The position numbers were made by a program, and so were the translations under genes. A DNA stretch of 63,881 bases, counting the filler, from Mitosporidium daphniae (lineage: Eukaryota): NCBI RefSeq assembly GCF_000760515.2. It is 3 parts of 3 records of this genome, joined end to end, with 100 filler letters (N's around TTAATTAATTAA, not from the genome) between each part and the next. Parts side by side here need not be neighbours in the genome. Positions count along the whole stretch, not along the records: positions 21,543 to 42,931 come from NW_013546138.1; 2 more parts are not named here. One strand, 5' to 3'. Of this stretch, positions 27,786 through 39,800 are shown piece after piece. The stretch's first letter is position 1. Each line of letters opens with the position of its first letter. The notes under the pieces were generated by a model. The model saw nothing but the letters and a program-made list of their open reading frames with translations. It had not been told where the DNA came from and did no database searches.

Positions 27786-29300
27786 ATGTATCTAGTTGGT
27801 ACTTTTGCTTTGTCTATAACGCTCATAACGGCAGTCCACGGTGCTGCTGAATTCAATAGGCAAGCAATCAAACTTTTATGCCCACCAAGTTATGAAAAGC
27901 TAACAAAACTTGTTGTTAACGAAGACAGCCCTTTCAGAACGATATGTGCAGATCAGATCGACCTGCTGCTAAACACAGGGGTTATCACTCGAACCGATAC
28001 GCAAGAGTTTAAAAGTAAAGATGCGAAGGATGTATACGAAGGAATATTAGCTACTACTTCATTTCCTGGCGGCCTGGAAAAATACAAAAAAATCACATTT
28101 GCTCCGTCAATTCGGGACGGAAATAGTTTATTTAAAAAACATTCAATTGTGCAGAAAATTGAGGCTGATAAGGATCGAAAGATGTTGGTATCCAAGCTTC
28201 TTGATTTCCTTTTTCTTGAAAAGAGTCTTATCTTTTTGCGTGTCGGGATCGAACTTAATCAAAAGAAACAAGAATCTGCTCAAAAACCACCAGATTCTGC
28301 TTCCACTTATCATAAATACGTTGATTATGTTCTTAGCAGAAAACGGAGCTTAGTCAAGAAAATCGAACCCATCGATGATGCCACCAATGATGATGATAGT
28401 GATGACGATTTGGCTTTTTATGATGCAAAAGAAACCCTAGCTGAAAGTGACGACTATTACCTGCTTGAACCAAAGGAATCAGATTTTGCCTTTTTTTCTG
28501 CTTATGCCAAACTGGGAGAAAAGTTCAAATTGAGGCCAATGCAAGTTTCTGACAAATTACTTTCCCAACATTTTGATCCAATCGCCTTTGAAGAAAAGTT
28601 TTGGGAAAATTTCAATATCACGTTGTTAGCAACAAAATTTTCTGATCGCTTGAAAAATCTCAAGGATGAAAATGGGTCAAAGGATACAAAGTTAAAAGAC
28701 AAGCTAAAGCGCTCGCTCTTTTTATTTCTATATGAACCAGAACAAATTGATGGACTAATCAGTTTCGAAAAGACTGATAAAGATAAGCTGCGTGATACTA
28801 TAATTTTGGCATGGTACAAGCTGGGATTTGCCACACTTGGCCCTTCGGCTGGGGTTTTTGATAGCTTGCTTAAGGCAGCAAAAGAAGTAAAAGAAAAATT
28901 CTTCCCAAAGGTATTCACCCCAGCAGTTAATCAAGCGGTTAAAACAGTAAACAATGCTTATGAATCAACAATGGAAAAGACCGGAAACGTTATTGAAGCC
29001 GGTGCCAAATTTTACCCTAAATCGATTACAGAAAAAGCTAAAGGCGCATCCGAACAATTGATTGTTAGAATACTTAAAATTTTCTTGAAGCAATTCGAGT
29101 CTTACATCGTGCCTTTATTGATATTTTTAAACATTTATCTCTACATCTTCTTTCCAACGTTTTGGAGCCTTTTAATCGTTGTAATTTTACCTACATATCT
29201 CTGTGTGCGCCTGTATCGCTCTATAACGGCCTCTAAAGAATGGAAAAGTGCGAAAAAGTTTTTCAACTACCTTTTTTCAGGCTTCATCCATGTTTTTTAA
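27786..29300 (+). CDS. Hypothetical 504-aa protein with signal peptide and C-terminal TM segments
   Basis: MYLVGTFALSITLITAVHG leader; charged helical body; two hydrophobic helices near the C-terminus; intronless. Confidence 0.75.
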   Translation: MYLVGTFALSITLITAVHGAAEFNRQAIKLLCPPSYEKLTKLVVNEDSPFRTICADQIDLLLNTGVITRTDTQEFKSKDAKDVYEGILATTSFPGGLEKYKKITFAPSIRDGNSLFKKHSIVQKIEADKDRKMLVSKLLDFLFLEKSLIFLRVGIELNQKKQESAQKPPDSASTYHKYVDYVLSRKRSLVKKIEPIDDATNDDDSDDDLAFYDAKETLAESDDYYLLEPKESDFAFFSAYAKLGEKFKLRPMQVSDKLLSQHFDPIAFEEKFWENFNITLLATKFSDRLKNLKDENGSKDTKLKDKLKRSLFLFLYEPEQIDGLISFEKTDKDKLRDTIILAWYKLGFATLGPSAGVFDSLLKAAKEVKEKFFPKVFTPAVNQAVKTVNNAYESTMEKTGNVIEAGAKFYPKSITEKAKGASEQLIVRILKIFLKQFESYIVPLLIFLNIYLYIFFPTFWSLLIVVILPTYLCVRLYRSITASKEWKSAKKFFNYLFSGFIHVF

Positions 29301-29464
29301 AGATATTTGGCATATCCACTAACAATCATATGAATTGGCGAATTGGAAACGGCAACCAAATTTAAATCGCTCAATAACAGAATACGACAAGCTATTTAAT
29401 AAATCTGTAAAATTTGAGTTCTTTTATCGCGGTTGCCACATAAATTTTACTCTTTAATTTAATA

Positions 29465-30760
29465 ATGTCCAAAAAGGCCGGGATTTCTTCTCTTCTTTCG
29501 GCTTCAGATCTTAATGATTACATTTTACCATCTCAGGCATGCATACTTCCGCCGATCGAAGGCTCACAGGACACAAACAATGCTGTAGAGGTCGGGGTGT
29601 ACCAAAAGAGAACATCCACTCCAGAAACAACGGAAAAAGTTTCGATTTCATTAAAAGACTGCCTTGCTTGTTCTGGATGTGTTACATCCACAGAGTTGGC
29701 TTTAATTGGGCAGCAGACAAGCCTCGATTTTTTACAGGCCTTAAAAAGCAAGGCCGTTGCGGTCTCCATATCTCCTCAGTCTATTGCCTCGCTCGCCGTA
29801 AAATATTCCACCTCATGGGAAAGAATGGCTTCTCGGCTTTGCCTTTTCTTGAAGTCTATTTTAAAAGTTTCTCGAGTTTTTGATCAAAGAGTAGCTGCGA
29901 AAATTGCGCTTTCCTTAAGCCTAGCAGAATTTATCTCGTATCCTCGCTCGGAAAACCCAGTTGTTGTTTCTCAATGCCCAGCCGTGGTTTCTTATATTGA
30001 AAAAAGCCATCCAAAAATTGTTAGCCTCCTATCGAGGATAAAAACATGCCAGCAAATTCTTGGAGAAATTTTAAAAGACGTCGAAGATATTTTTCACGTA
30101 TCAATTGCGCCCTGTTATGATAAGAAACTTGAATCTTTCAGGGATGGGGAAACTATCGGTTGTGTTATTACCACAGTTGAGCTGGAGAATATATGCAACG
30201 ACTATTCATTTGACCTTTCATCATCATCAATAGATGGCGCCTGGTTTGATGATCTCCCTCGCAGCGATTTCATCTGTCGTGCATTGGTGATTGGGGAGGC
30301 AGAGGGATTTAATGATCAATGGGGAACGGGTGGATTTCTTGCCGCTATTCTGTCCTATTTTTCAGCCAGAGGATATTTAGTGGAAAAAAAGGAATTTTCT
30401 AAAGATTTTGTCGAATGGCATGTACAAGATGTGGGAAAGTCATCTCCAGCCATGTTGATGGCTACTTGCTTTGGATTTAAAAATATCCAAAACACGATTC
30501 GAAAAATCAAAGGTTCTTCCTCAAAATATTCGTACGTTGAAATGATGGCATGTCCATCTGCCTGTCTCAACGGAGGTGGACAGATACCGGCATTAAATCT
30601 TTCTGAGATTTCCAAAAAGTACAGTGAATCCATTCCAGATTTATTTTTCTCGAGCATCACTCCATGGGCCAATATCGGCCAGCCGCTTCCTTTTCAGGCT
30701 ACATTCAAGCCTGTGGAGGCCATTTCAAGCCGTCCTGTGTGGGCCCAGGTTCAATGGTAG
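29465..30760 (+). CDS. NAR1: Cytosolic Fe-S assembly factor Nar1
   Basis: DLNDYILPSQAC, ISLKDCLACSGCVTS, SQCP, APCYDKKLE, EMMACPSACLNGGGQ, terminal Trp. Confidence 0.95.
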   Translation: MSKKAGISSLLSASDLNDYILPSQACILPPIEGSQDTNNAVEVGVYQKRTSTPETTEKVSISLKDCLACSGCVTSTELALIGQQTSLDFLQALKSKAVAVSISPQSIASLAVKYSTSWERMASRLCLFLKSILKVSRVFDQRVAAKIALSLSLAEFISYPRSENPVVVSQCPAVVSYIEKSHPKIVSLLSRIKTCQQILGEILKDVEDIFHVSIAPCYDKKLESFRDGETIGCVITTVELENICNDYSFDLSSSSIDGAWFDDLPRSDFICRALVIGEAEGFNDQWGTGGFLAAILSYFSARGYLVEKKEFSKDFVEWHVQDVGKSSPAMLMATCFGFKNIQNTIRKIKGSSSKYSYVEMMACPSACLNGGGQIPALNLSEISKKYSESIPDLFFSSITPWANIGQPLPFQATFKPVEAISSRPVWAQVQW

Positions 30761-30819
30761 TTCTGTGGATGTTAAAATATCTCCCCTTCGGGTTGGATCC
30801 GATTCAAAGTCACTTGGTG

Positions 30820-30843
30820 CATGCCATGCCATGCCATGCCATG
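30820..30843. repeat. (CATGC)~5 microsatellite
   Basis: catgccatgccatgccatgccatg in the NAR1/SCO1 convergent spacer. Confidence 0.85.
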
Positions 30844-31024
30844 TTACCAGCTAAAACAGGCCAGTGTGTATGGGTGTGTTTAAATCCATCATATCTAGAG
30901 TTCCATGCAAATAATCGGTTAATGGCAGCCCTTAAACTGCATCATATATGCTGACTAATAAAGCGCTTCTAATGTATCATGGGGAAGTACTTTTTCCTTA
31001 GCCCTTTTGCATAAATATATGAAT

Positions 31025-31827
31025 TTATTGGTAAATAAACTGCGATATTCTTTCATTGAGCTTGGAGATAACTTTTGATAGCTCCATGTCGCTTCCAAAG
31101 AAGTCTAGAAATTTACCATCCGGTCCAACAAGGTAAAAGAACACAGAATGGTCGACAAGATAATCTTCCTTGGTTTCGTCGGTTAGCGGATTAACACTAA
31201 AATATACACGATATTGCTTTGCGAATTTCAGCAGCTGTTCTTTAGTGCCCGTAAGCCCCATCATCTTTGGGTGGAAATCTTTCAAATATTCAGAAATGGC
31301 TTCTGGCGTATCTCGTTTCGGGTCCACAGAAACGAAAACCGGGTTAATGAGGTCACGAGTGCTTGGATGTTTATCCATCTCATTGACGATTGCTGTCAAT
31401 TTATCCAATTCTTCGGGACAAATGTCGGGACAATGGGTAAACCCAAAATAAAGTAGAGAAAATCTGTCTTGAAAAATCGACTCGTTAACGATTTGCCCGG
31501 ATTTATCAATCAGAGTAAACGGCTGGCCGCCAATCCGAGCATTTCCAATGGACCCAGTGGCACTGTTAATTAATTCCATTTCTAGACACAGCGAAAGAAG
31601 CGATACTTACTTTTGGATTCCAGCTTCTTCTTCTCTTCAACAAAATATACCAGCAAGCAAGCAGCTGTAAGGCTTGTAACTGCAAAGGGCCAAAAAAAGT
31701 TTGTCGACCTTCTACGAATCGAAGCCGAACCTTGTGTGAAGTTCGGTGCATCTGAGTACGATGCAAAGGAGTTCTTTTTGAAAAGGAAGCGAGGAAACCC
31801 CAAACTTGACTTGAAAAATTGCTGCAT
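31025..31827 (-). CDS. SCO1: Cytochrome c oxidase copper chaperone Sco1
   Basis: Presequence and TM, then GFTHCPDICPEEL, SVDPKRD, YLVDHS; intron 31582-31610. Confidence 0.95.
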
Positions 31828-31855
31828 GTGAAGAAATTTAAAAAAATTCAAAGCC

Positions 31856-33736
31856 ATGGACTCGACTATCCGTATTATCATAGGTAAGCGTTACCATTGA
31901 CATTGTGATCGCAGCAACCGATAATCATTTGGGATACATGGAGAAGGATCCAATACGGGGGGAGGATTCCTTTTTGGCATTTCAGGAAATTCTTGAAACC
32001 GCAAAGGCCAGAAACGTATTGACACGATGAATCAAACCGATTTTTATTATTAGGTCGATATGATCCTCCTTGGCGGAGATCTTTTCCATGAAAACAAGCC
32101 CTCAAGAAAAGCCATCTATCAAACCATAGAGCTATTGAGGCAATATACCTTTGGTGACGGCGAGTCTTATTTGGAGTTTTTATCAGACCCTTCCATCAAT
32201 TTTCCCCATACAAAGTATGCCATTGTGTCTTGTTCAGTAGGTTTCCGAATGCTAACTACCTCGATGAAAATTTGAATGTCTCCATACCTGTTTTTATCAT
32301 CCATGGAAATCACGATGATCCCTCAGGGGTATTCAACATCAACTAAAACCACCTTAGGACTCCAATTTATCGGCTGTCGATATCCTGTCTGTCGGAGGGC
32401 TCGTTAATTACTTTGGAAAAGTCAAAGATGTCGATGACATTGTTGCCTCCCCGGTTCTTTTGGCCAAGGGAAATACACGACTAGCTCTATATGGCATTGG
32501 ATCGATTCGAGACGAAAGGCTTTACAGATCTTTTCAAAGAAATAAAGTCAAGTTCTTGCGTCCATTGGAAGATGAAGAGTCCTGGTTTAGTTTACTGACT
32601 TTCCACCAAAATAGGTAAAATGCTGGCTTAAATGGGTGTAGGTCTGCGCATGGGCCAACAAACTACATCCCGGAGGCGTTTCTCGATCCTATGTTTGACT
32701 TTATCCTCTGGGGACATGAACATGAATGTCTAATTGATCCACAACTTAATCCCCAAAAGGAATTTTACGTTTGCCAACCGGGATCTTCTGTTGCAACCAG
32801 TTTATGCGAGGGCGAGTCTAAGGAAAAGTAGGTCTCATGCTACTTTTATTGAAGGTTTTTTGGCCTGCTTTCAATTACGGGGAAAAGCTTTGAGCTAGAA
32901 AAGATCAAGTTGAAAAACATTCGTCCATTTGTGATGAAAGAAATCTCTCTTTCCTCGATTTCAAATCTTCCTCTTATGGATATTAAGAAAATTAACAAAA
33001 CTCTTGTGGACCAGGTAATTTTCTGGCGTATTGTATTATTTTCAAGGTCAATCTTCTGATAGCACAAGCTACTTTGGCAAAAAGTATCGAGGAAACACCA
33101 GAAAGACTGAGGTTGCCGCTGATCAGGCTAAAGGTTGCAATGATCATCCATCAAATCTTAACTTTGGTTAGGTTGACTATTCCGGAGGGTTTACCACCAT
33201 TAACCCACAAAGATTTGGCCAGCAGTTTGTGGATGTCATTGCAAATCCCAAGGATCTTGTAACATTTTTTCGCAAAAGGGCAGCTGCCTCGGCATATAGT
33301 ACTGTTTTTGTGAATGTAATTTTTAAAAGGAAAAAGACGATCTACCATCGAATTTGAGGAGGACGCCCAATCTGAGGCACATTCAAGTGAATGTCTTGTA
33401 AATCAGCAAGAATTGGCCAACGTTGAGTCTCTTCTCATGGAGGCTCTTCAGGGTCATTCGCTGCAAATTTTGCCGGAGCTTGAAATGGCATCAGCGCTAA
33501 AGTCTTTTGTCGACAAAGACGAAAAAGACGCCATTGAAAAGTAGGGTATCATCAATTTTTCTAGCACTGTTTTTAAAGCCCTCGAGAAAATAGCAAGCAC
33601 CATTGTAGATTCGGTAACTTCTCTGGATACAGAGAGCGTTCGAGTGGAGGTTTTTTGTAACATCCGTATTTACGACTAGATCACTAAAAGACGCATTTCC
33701 AGTGTAGTATCCGCGACAGAGATGTCTACAAATTGA
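31856..33736 (+). CDS. MRE11: Double-strand break nuclease Mre11
   Basis: [48 protein letters not shown]; about 11 mini-introns; short C-terminus. Confidence 0.95.
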
Positions 33737-33882
33737 TCCGCTAAATTAAGGTAATCAATCGGGATTGACTAGAGGAATGCACCCCATAAATCCTAACCAT
33801 AACCCTAATAAATTTTAACTTTATTTGGGAGCCGTGTTGCCGGTAAAGGCCCGATGTAAAATTTAAATTTATTTTTCAAGTA

Positions 33883-36800
33883 ATGCTCCCTTCATATCCC
33901 AAAGTCCACTCCAGTGAACGGGATGTAGAAGCCTCGATCACAATCAGGGAAAGCATACAGATTCAGGTTCCAGTCATAGTTCAAGGCCCTATTGGGTGCG
34001 GAAAAACGCATCTTATTCAGAGGCTAGCGACTGAATATGATGCTACATTGACTGTGCTTGGAGTTTCTGGCGATGCTGGAGACCTCAAGCTGCTTTTGGG
34101 GACATTTATAACAGGCCCAAATAACTCTTTTATTTGGAAAAGAGGTCTTCTTACACTTGCAGTGGAGGAAGGACATTGGGTCCTGTTTAAGGATATTTCT
34201 CATCAGTCATCAACAGAAATCATTGCTATGCTTGCCACGCTATTACAAGAGAGAATTCTTGTTATTCCAAGTAGGTCAGAGCGGATTGTAGCGCATTCTT
34301 CGTTTCGGCTGTTCATTACCCAAACAGATGGCCACATCCTGTATCCGGGACTAAATTGCCTCGTTTCTTTGCCGCCGCGAACAGCATCTGAGACAATTTC
34401 CATCATGTCGTACATGCTGCTATCAATTCCGAATAGCACTAACTTGACCTCTGGGCAATGCAAGCAAATATCAGAGTTTGTTTACACGGCAGCTTCCCTA
34501 AACAAGGAACGCGTCTCTTCTATGTCCGATTTAGTGAAAGCCATTAACCGTCTTCTGCCTCATTTGGTGGCAGGAAATGGAAATGAGGAGCATGGCCTTT
34601 CGCTTGATCTCCGCCAAAAAATACTTGAAATTTCTATCGATCTATTCGCCCTATCCGTTACAAATTACGATGAAAGATATTCCCTTCAAATGGCCATTGC
34701 AAGGATTTTGGGACTCTCCCAGGAATGTGATCTCAAGGTGATTCTCGAGTCTGAGTTAGGTAGCAATCGCGACAGTTATTCACTCAAAGGCCTGGAAAAT
34801 CATCAAAGCACACAAGGTAACATTGCAATGATGAAGCAGACAAAAATGCTGTTGAATGCGCTATATAGAGGGGTATCAAGCAATGAGCCGATGCTCTTGG
34901 TTGGCCCCACCGGGACCGGGAAGACAACAATTGTTCAATATCTTTCAGAGTTGGAGAAACCTCCGGGTGGCCTCTTTGTGGTCAATTTACATGCGCAGAC
35001 GGAACACTCTGATCTCTTTGGATCTTGGTCTCAACAATCATCAACCACCGAAATCATGAAGCGAGCCATGGATGAATTTGGGTTCCTTTTTGAGGCATCG
35101 GGACACAAACGGGAGGCCAACGGTACCCTGTTCTCCAAACTTATAAGATGGGCCTCTTGCTGTCATACAGATCCCAAATCCATATCATCTTTTTGGACTC
35201 AAATTGCAACGATCAGTAAATTGATCCTCTCTAAAATGGGGCACGAAACTTCACACGAGAAAATATCGCCAATTTCGGCGGAAGTTTGTGATCGGTGGAA
35301 TGAATTGATAGCCATGGCGCTCCGCTTTTCAGGGTCACCCTGCTCTGCAACCTTTGTGTTTGCAGAGGGCGTGATCTTGAAGGCGCTTCAAACGGGAGCA
35401 TGGCTTTTGCTAGACGAAATCAATCTTGCCCCACCTTCGCTGCTTCTTCTTCTCGAATCTTTGGTGGCTGGTCATCCCGTTAGAGTATTTGAGCGCGGTG
35501 ACGAACGGCCTGTCTTCCGCCATCCATCATTTCGACTTTTTGCTTGCATGAACGGCGTGCTTTCAGAGTCAACAAGGCGCGCCTTGCCAGAATCTCTTCG
35601 TGCGAAATTTACGGAAATTACCATCGATCCGATTGAAAGATTCCCTGAAGACGTAAGGCTGCTTGTTGACTCTCGACTTAAAGCATCGATGCCAACTTCT
35701 TTTGTGCCTTTTCCGGGCTTTGAACTTGGCCCGTTTTTCGTTTCCGTTTATTATCGCATTAGGAAAGGACTGGCAGACCGTGAGCTATGCGGGCCGGAAG
35801 AGCCTTCTTGGACCATTCGTTCCCTTTGTCGATTGGTAGATGCTTGGCAACAATTCATGTCACCTCCGCAATCGGGGTCAGTGCTTTGGGCATTGAAGCA
35901 GGCCATCATGGTTGTTGTCGGAGGGCAATTGGATTCTTCTTCTGTCAAATTTCTTCTTTGCACGATAATTTCCCAGCTTATCGATCCGCAGATTACTTTT
36001 TTGCTTTCTCAATCAGCAGTTTCCACACGCAAGTCTTGCCATGTCGAATCTGGATCGATGGTGTCGATAACCGGAACCGATGATGGTGAATATTGCCTTT
36101 TTCTCCCAAAAGGCCCTCTTGAAGTCGAGAAGCTTGATGCGTGTACCGGCCGCTTTATAGAGACGCAGGTGGCACATAAGTGCATGCTGGCCATTGCAAG
36201 AGTATTTGCTGCAAGTATAAAGAGACCTTGGGCTCTTATGCTTGTGGGTCCAACTTCTGCTGGGAAAACAACTGCAGTTGCCGAGCTTGCTCGCAGGACG
36301 GGTCATCGTCTTATCCGGATCAATAACCACGAGCACACAGACGTCAGCGAGTACCTTGGCGCTTGGGGATTTTCTCATGTAGATGATGAGGCCAAGATGA
36401 CTCCTATGATCTCAGAGTGTACTGATGGCTTTCATTCTTCTGATCTCGGCCAGTTGTCCTCTTCTCAAGCATCTTCTTCTGGTTCTTGTGTGCCTAAAAC
36501 GGAAAGCTCCTCAGCCTCAAATCCAATTCATATTCGATTCGCTTATGGGGCGCTGGTCCGGGCCATGCTTACTGGCTCGTGGCTTCTTTTGGATGAGCTA
36601 AACTTGGCACCTACAGAGGTACTTGAATCCCTCAATCGCCTTTTAGATGACAACAGAGAACTTTACATTCCAGAAACTGGGGAAACCATTCGACCACATC
36701 CTTCATTTAGACTCTTTGCCACCCTCAATCCCCATGGAAGGGGATATGGAGGTCGACATGTTCTCTCCGAAGCATTTAAATCCAGATGGATCATCCTTCA

Positions 36801-39800
36801 GGTGGAGGAGGACCCAGCAGTGGATGATATCATCCGCGGTCGCTCTGGGGGTTCTCAATCTTCTTGGTTAGCACCAGCCATCTCTGCAAAAATGGCATCT
36901 GTGTTCATGGAGATAAGAAAAAGAAGAAGAGCCGGATCCATTCTTGATAGCAACTCACTTATCACCCTTCGAGATATGTTTCGGTGGGCATTTCGCATCA
37001 AACAATTATCTGATGCTGATGCCTCTCGCGGTGCATGGCTTCTCGCTGCCCAGGCTGGATGGTCGTTGTTAGGGGAGCGTCTTAGGACAGAGGTGGAGCG
37101 TCGTGCGTTGCAAGATCTTCTTATCGAGAATTTCCCAATGGCATCATCATCACCCTCACCAGTGGATAGCCGTGATTGGCTTTTTTCTGATTATGGACGG
37201 TGGCCAGGTGTACCAGCCTTGGGGTCCTTTTCCCGTGGAATCGTATGGACAGGACATTTTCAGCGCGTTGGGGCTCTTGCCATCGCGGCAATAAGAAACA
37301 GAGAACCTCTTTTGCTAGTTGGAGAAACCGGCACCGGGAAAACATCTATTGTTCAATGGCTAGCGGAGTCGCAAAACCTTCCTCTTCACACGGTTGCGTG
37401 CCATCAATACACGGATGTTGGAGATTTCTTGGGCATGCAACGGCCTTGTGCATCAATCGACTCCGATAGCAATGGCAAGCGACATCGTGGTGGCATGCCA
37501 TCGCCCTCTTCATGGGTATGGGTCGACGGGCCTTTGGTTACAGCAATGAGAGAAGGACACATTTTGCTGGTAGATGAAATCTCTCTTGCTGAGGATTCGG
37601 TTCTTGAGCGCTTAAATAGCGTGCTTGAGAGCGATAACCGCATGTTAACGGTGGTGGAAAACTTTGGAGGAAGTTCCACCGAGCCTATGGTTATTCAAGC
37701 ACATCCAAATTTTGCTCTTATTGCAACCATGAATCCTTCCGGCGATTTTGGAAAGCGTGAACTGTCTCCAGCTCTTCGCAATCGGTTCACGGAGGTCTGG
37801 GTGCCTTCTCCAGCTTCTAGTATAGAGGTTCTTTTGCTGCTGCATGGGATTTGTTCGGAAGATGTAGCTGAGAAAAGCATACCAGAGTTCCTTTCCAGTG
37901 AGCTTTGTAACGTAAAAGAAATTCCAAAATGCATCTTGGCCTTTTGCTCCTGGTTTCTTTCATCCCTCAACCGCAGTAATGGCCAATTTCTTGATCTCAG
38001 CACAGACGAGGCGCTTATTGCTTCTTTTTCTGGGTTTGTAACCCCAGCTGTGACGTTATCTATCCGCGACTTGAAAACTTGGATCGAATTCATCAAAATA
38101 AATGCACGCGGGCTATGTCCATCTAAGTGGTCATCCGCATCAGAATCACTGGTCTCTTGTAAACTGTCCGTTGGGGAGGCGTATTGCCAAGGGGCCGAGA
38201 TGATATTCCTCGATGGGCTTTCCATGTTAGCAAATAGTGGGGGAGTGCTTCCTTTCGCAATTTCACCGGAAAACATTTCTTCGTTCAGAAAAACTGCACG
38301 CACACTTCTTGCGAGACACGGAGCTTTGCTTTCGCCCATGGAAGAAATCCCTCACAGACAAAAAATATTTTCTACGCGTGAGGATCATTCAGCGTGGGGG
38401 ATCGCTCCATTTTATGTTGCAATACGCTCGAAAAAAACGCACATTGCCATTGAATCGCATCCAGATGTTGGTGCATTTTCATTATCCGCACCAACTGTGA
38501 TCGAAAATGCGTACCGTGTATTTCGAGCAATGCAAATATCTCATCGGCCGATTCTTCTGGAAGGAGATCCTGGTGTTGGAAAGACCAGTCTCATCTCGGC
38601 CATCGCAAAGAGAACCGGAAACGAATCTCTGGTTAGGATCAACCTGTCAGAACAGACTGATCTTTCTGATCTATTTGGTGTTGATATGCCATCAGGGTCT
38701 CTTTTTTCATGGAGGGATGGCCCATTATTGGCTGGCATCAAGGCGGGTCATTGGATTTTGCTTGATGAGATAAATCTGGCCTCGCAACAGGTGCTTGAGG
38801 GCCTCAATTCTATATTAGACCACCGGGGAACTATTTATGTCGCCGAACTTAATCGGTCTTGGAAAATCGATTCCACATCCGTCCGTATCTTTGCGACGCA
38901 AAATTCAAGACGAGAAGGTGGAGGACGCAAAGGGCTCCCACAATCGTTTCTCAACCGGTTTACCAGGGTATATTTGGAGCCTTTGAGTGAAGCCGACCTT
39001 GTTGCTATTGTGAAAGGAGAAAAGGACCAGAGCTTGCCTGTTATCACCAATGCTGTTAAAACGGCCATGCGTCTCAATGCGACCTTTTCTCCTCAATTTG
39101 ACTTTAACCTTCGTGATGTGTCCAGACTGTTGTCGTTAAATCCTACCAACCAGTTCACATTGCGGCGAGCAGAAGAATTGGTTTTTGGAGCAAGATTTGA
39201 CGACATGCCCGGTCTTGATTGTGGTGATGCTTTCGATGCAACTGAAAGCAATAATTACCGGCTGTTTCTTTCTGTGAGAAATGAATTGCGGTTGCCACTT
39301 GTCGCTCGCTGGTTGCTACAAAATCGTGTAGGAGATGCAATTGAAATTGCGCTCCATAAAAAATGGCTTGTCCTTTTAAGGTCACCAGATGCTTCTGCCT
39401 TCCCTATGTCTCTTTCGGAAATCATTCACCATTTTGCCGACACGAAAGGCGCGGTTCTTCATTCAATTCCATTAACTGCACTCTCTGAAACCAGTGATTT
39501 TCTGGGTGGGTTTGAACAGCAACCCGATCAAGAACTTGGGGCCGGGTTCCATTGGAAAAATGGGGTTCTCCTGGATGCTCTTGAAAAGGGACATTGGATA
39601 TTTTTTGAAAATGCCTCTGCATGCCCCTCTTCTGTTTTGGATCGGCTGAATGGGCTTTTTGAGCCGAATGGGTCTCTTTTTGTGCACGAAAAGAGCGGAT
39701 TTGGCGATCCCATGATCCCCCATCCCAACTTCCGTGCATTTATGGGGGTATCTTCTTGCGGCTCCGGGTCCATTTCTAGGCCCATGAGAAATAGGGCATT

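Noticed and set aside
31828..31881. Longer SCO1 starts (31857 or 31881) overlapping the MRE11 ATG
   Set aside because: The ATG at 31827 follows the AAATTT element and gives a normal presequence; upstream starts are in frame but unsupported.
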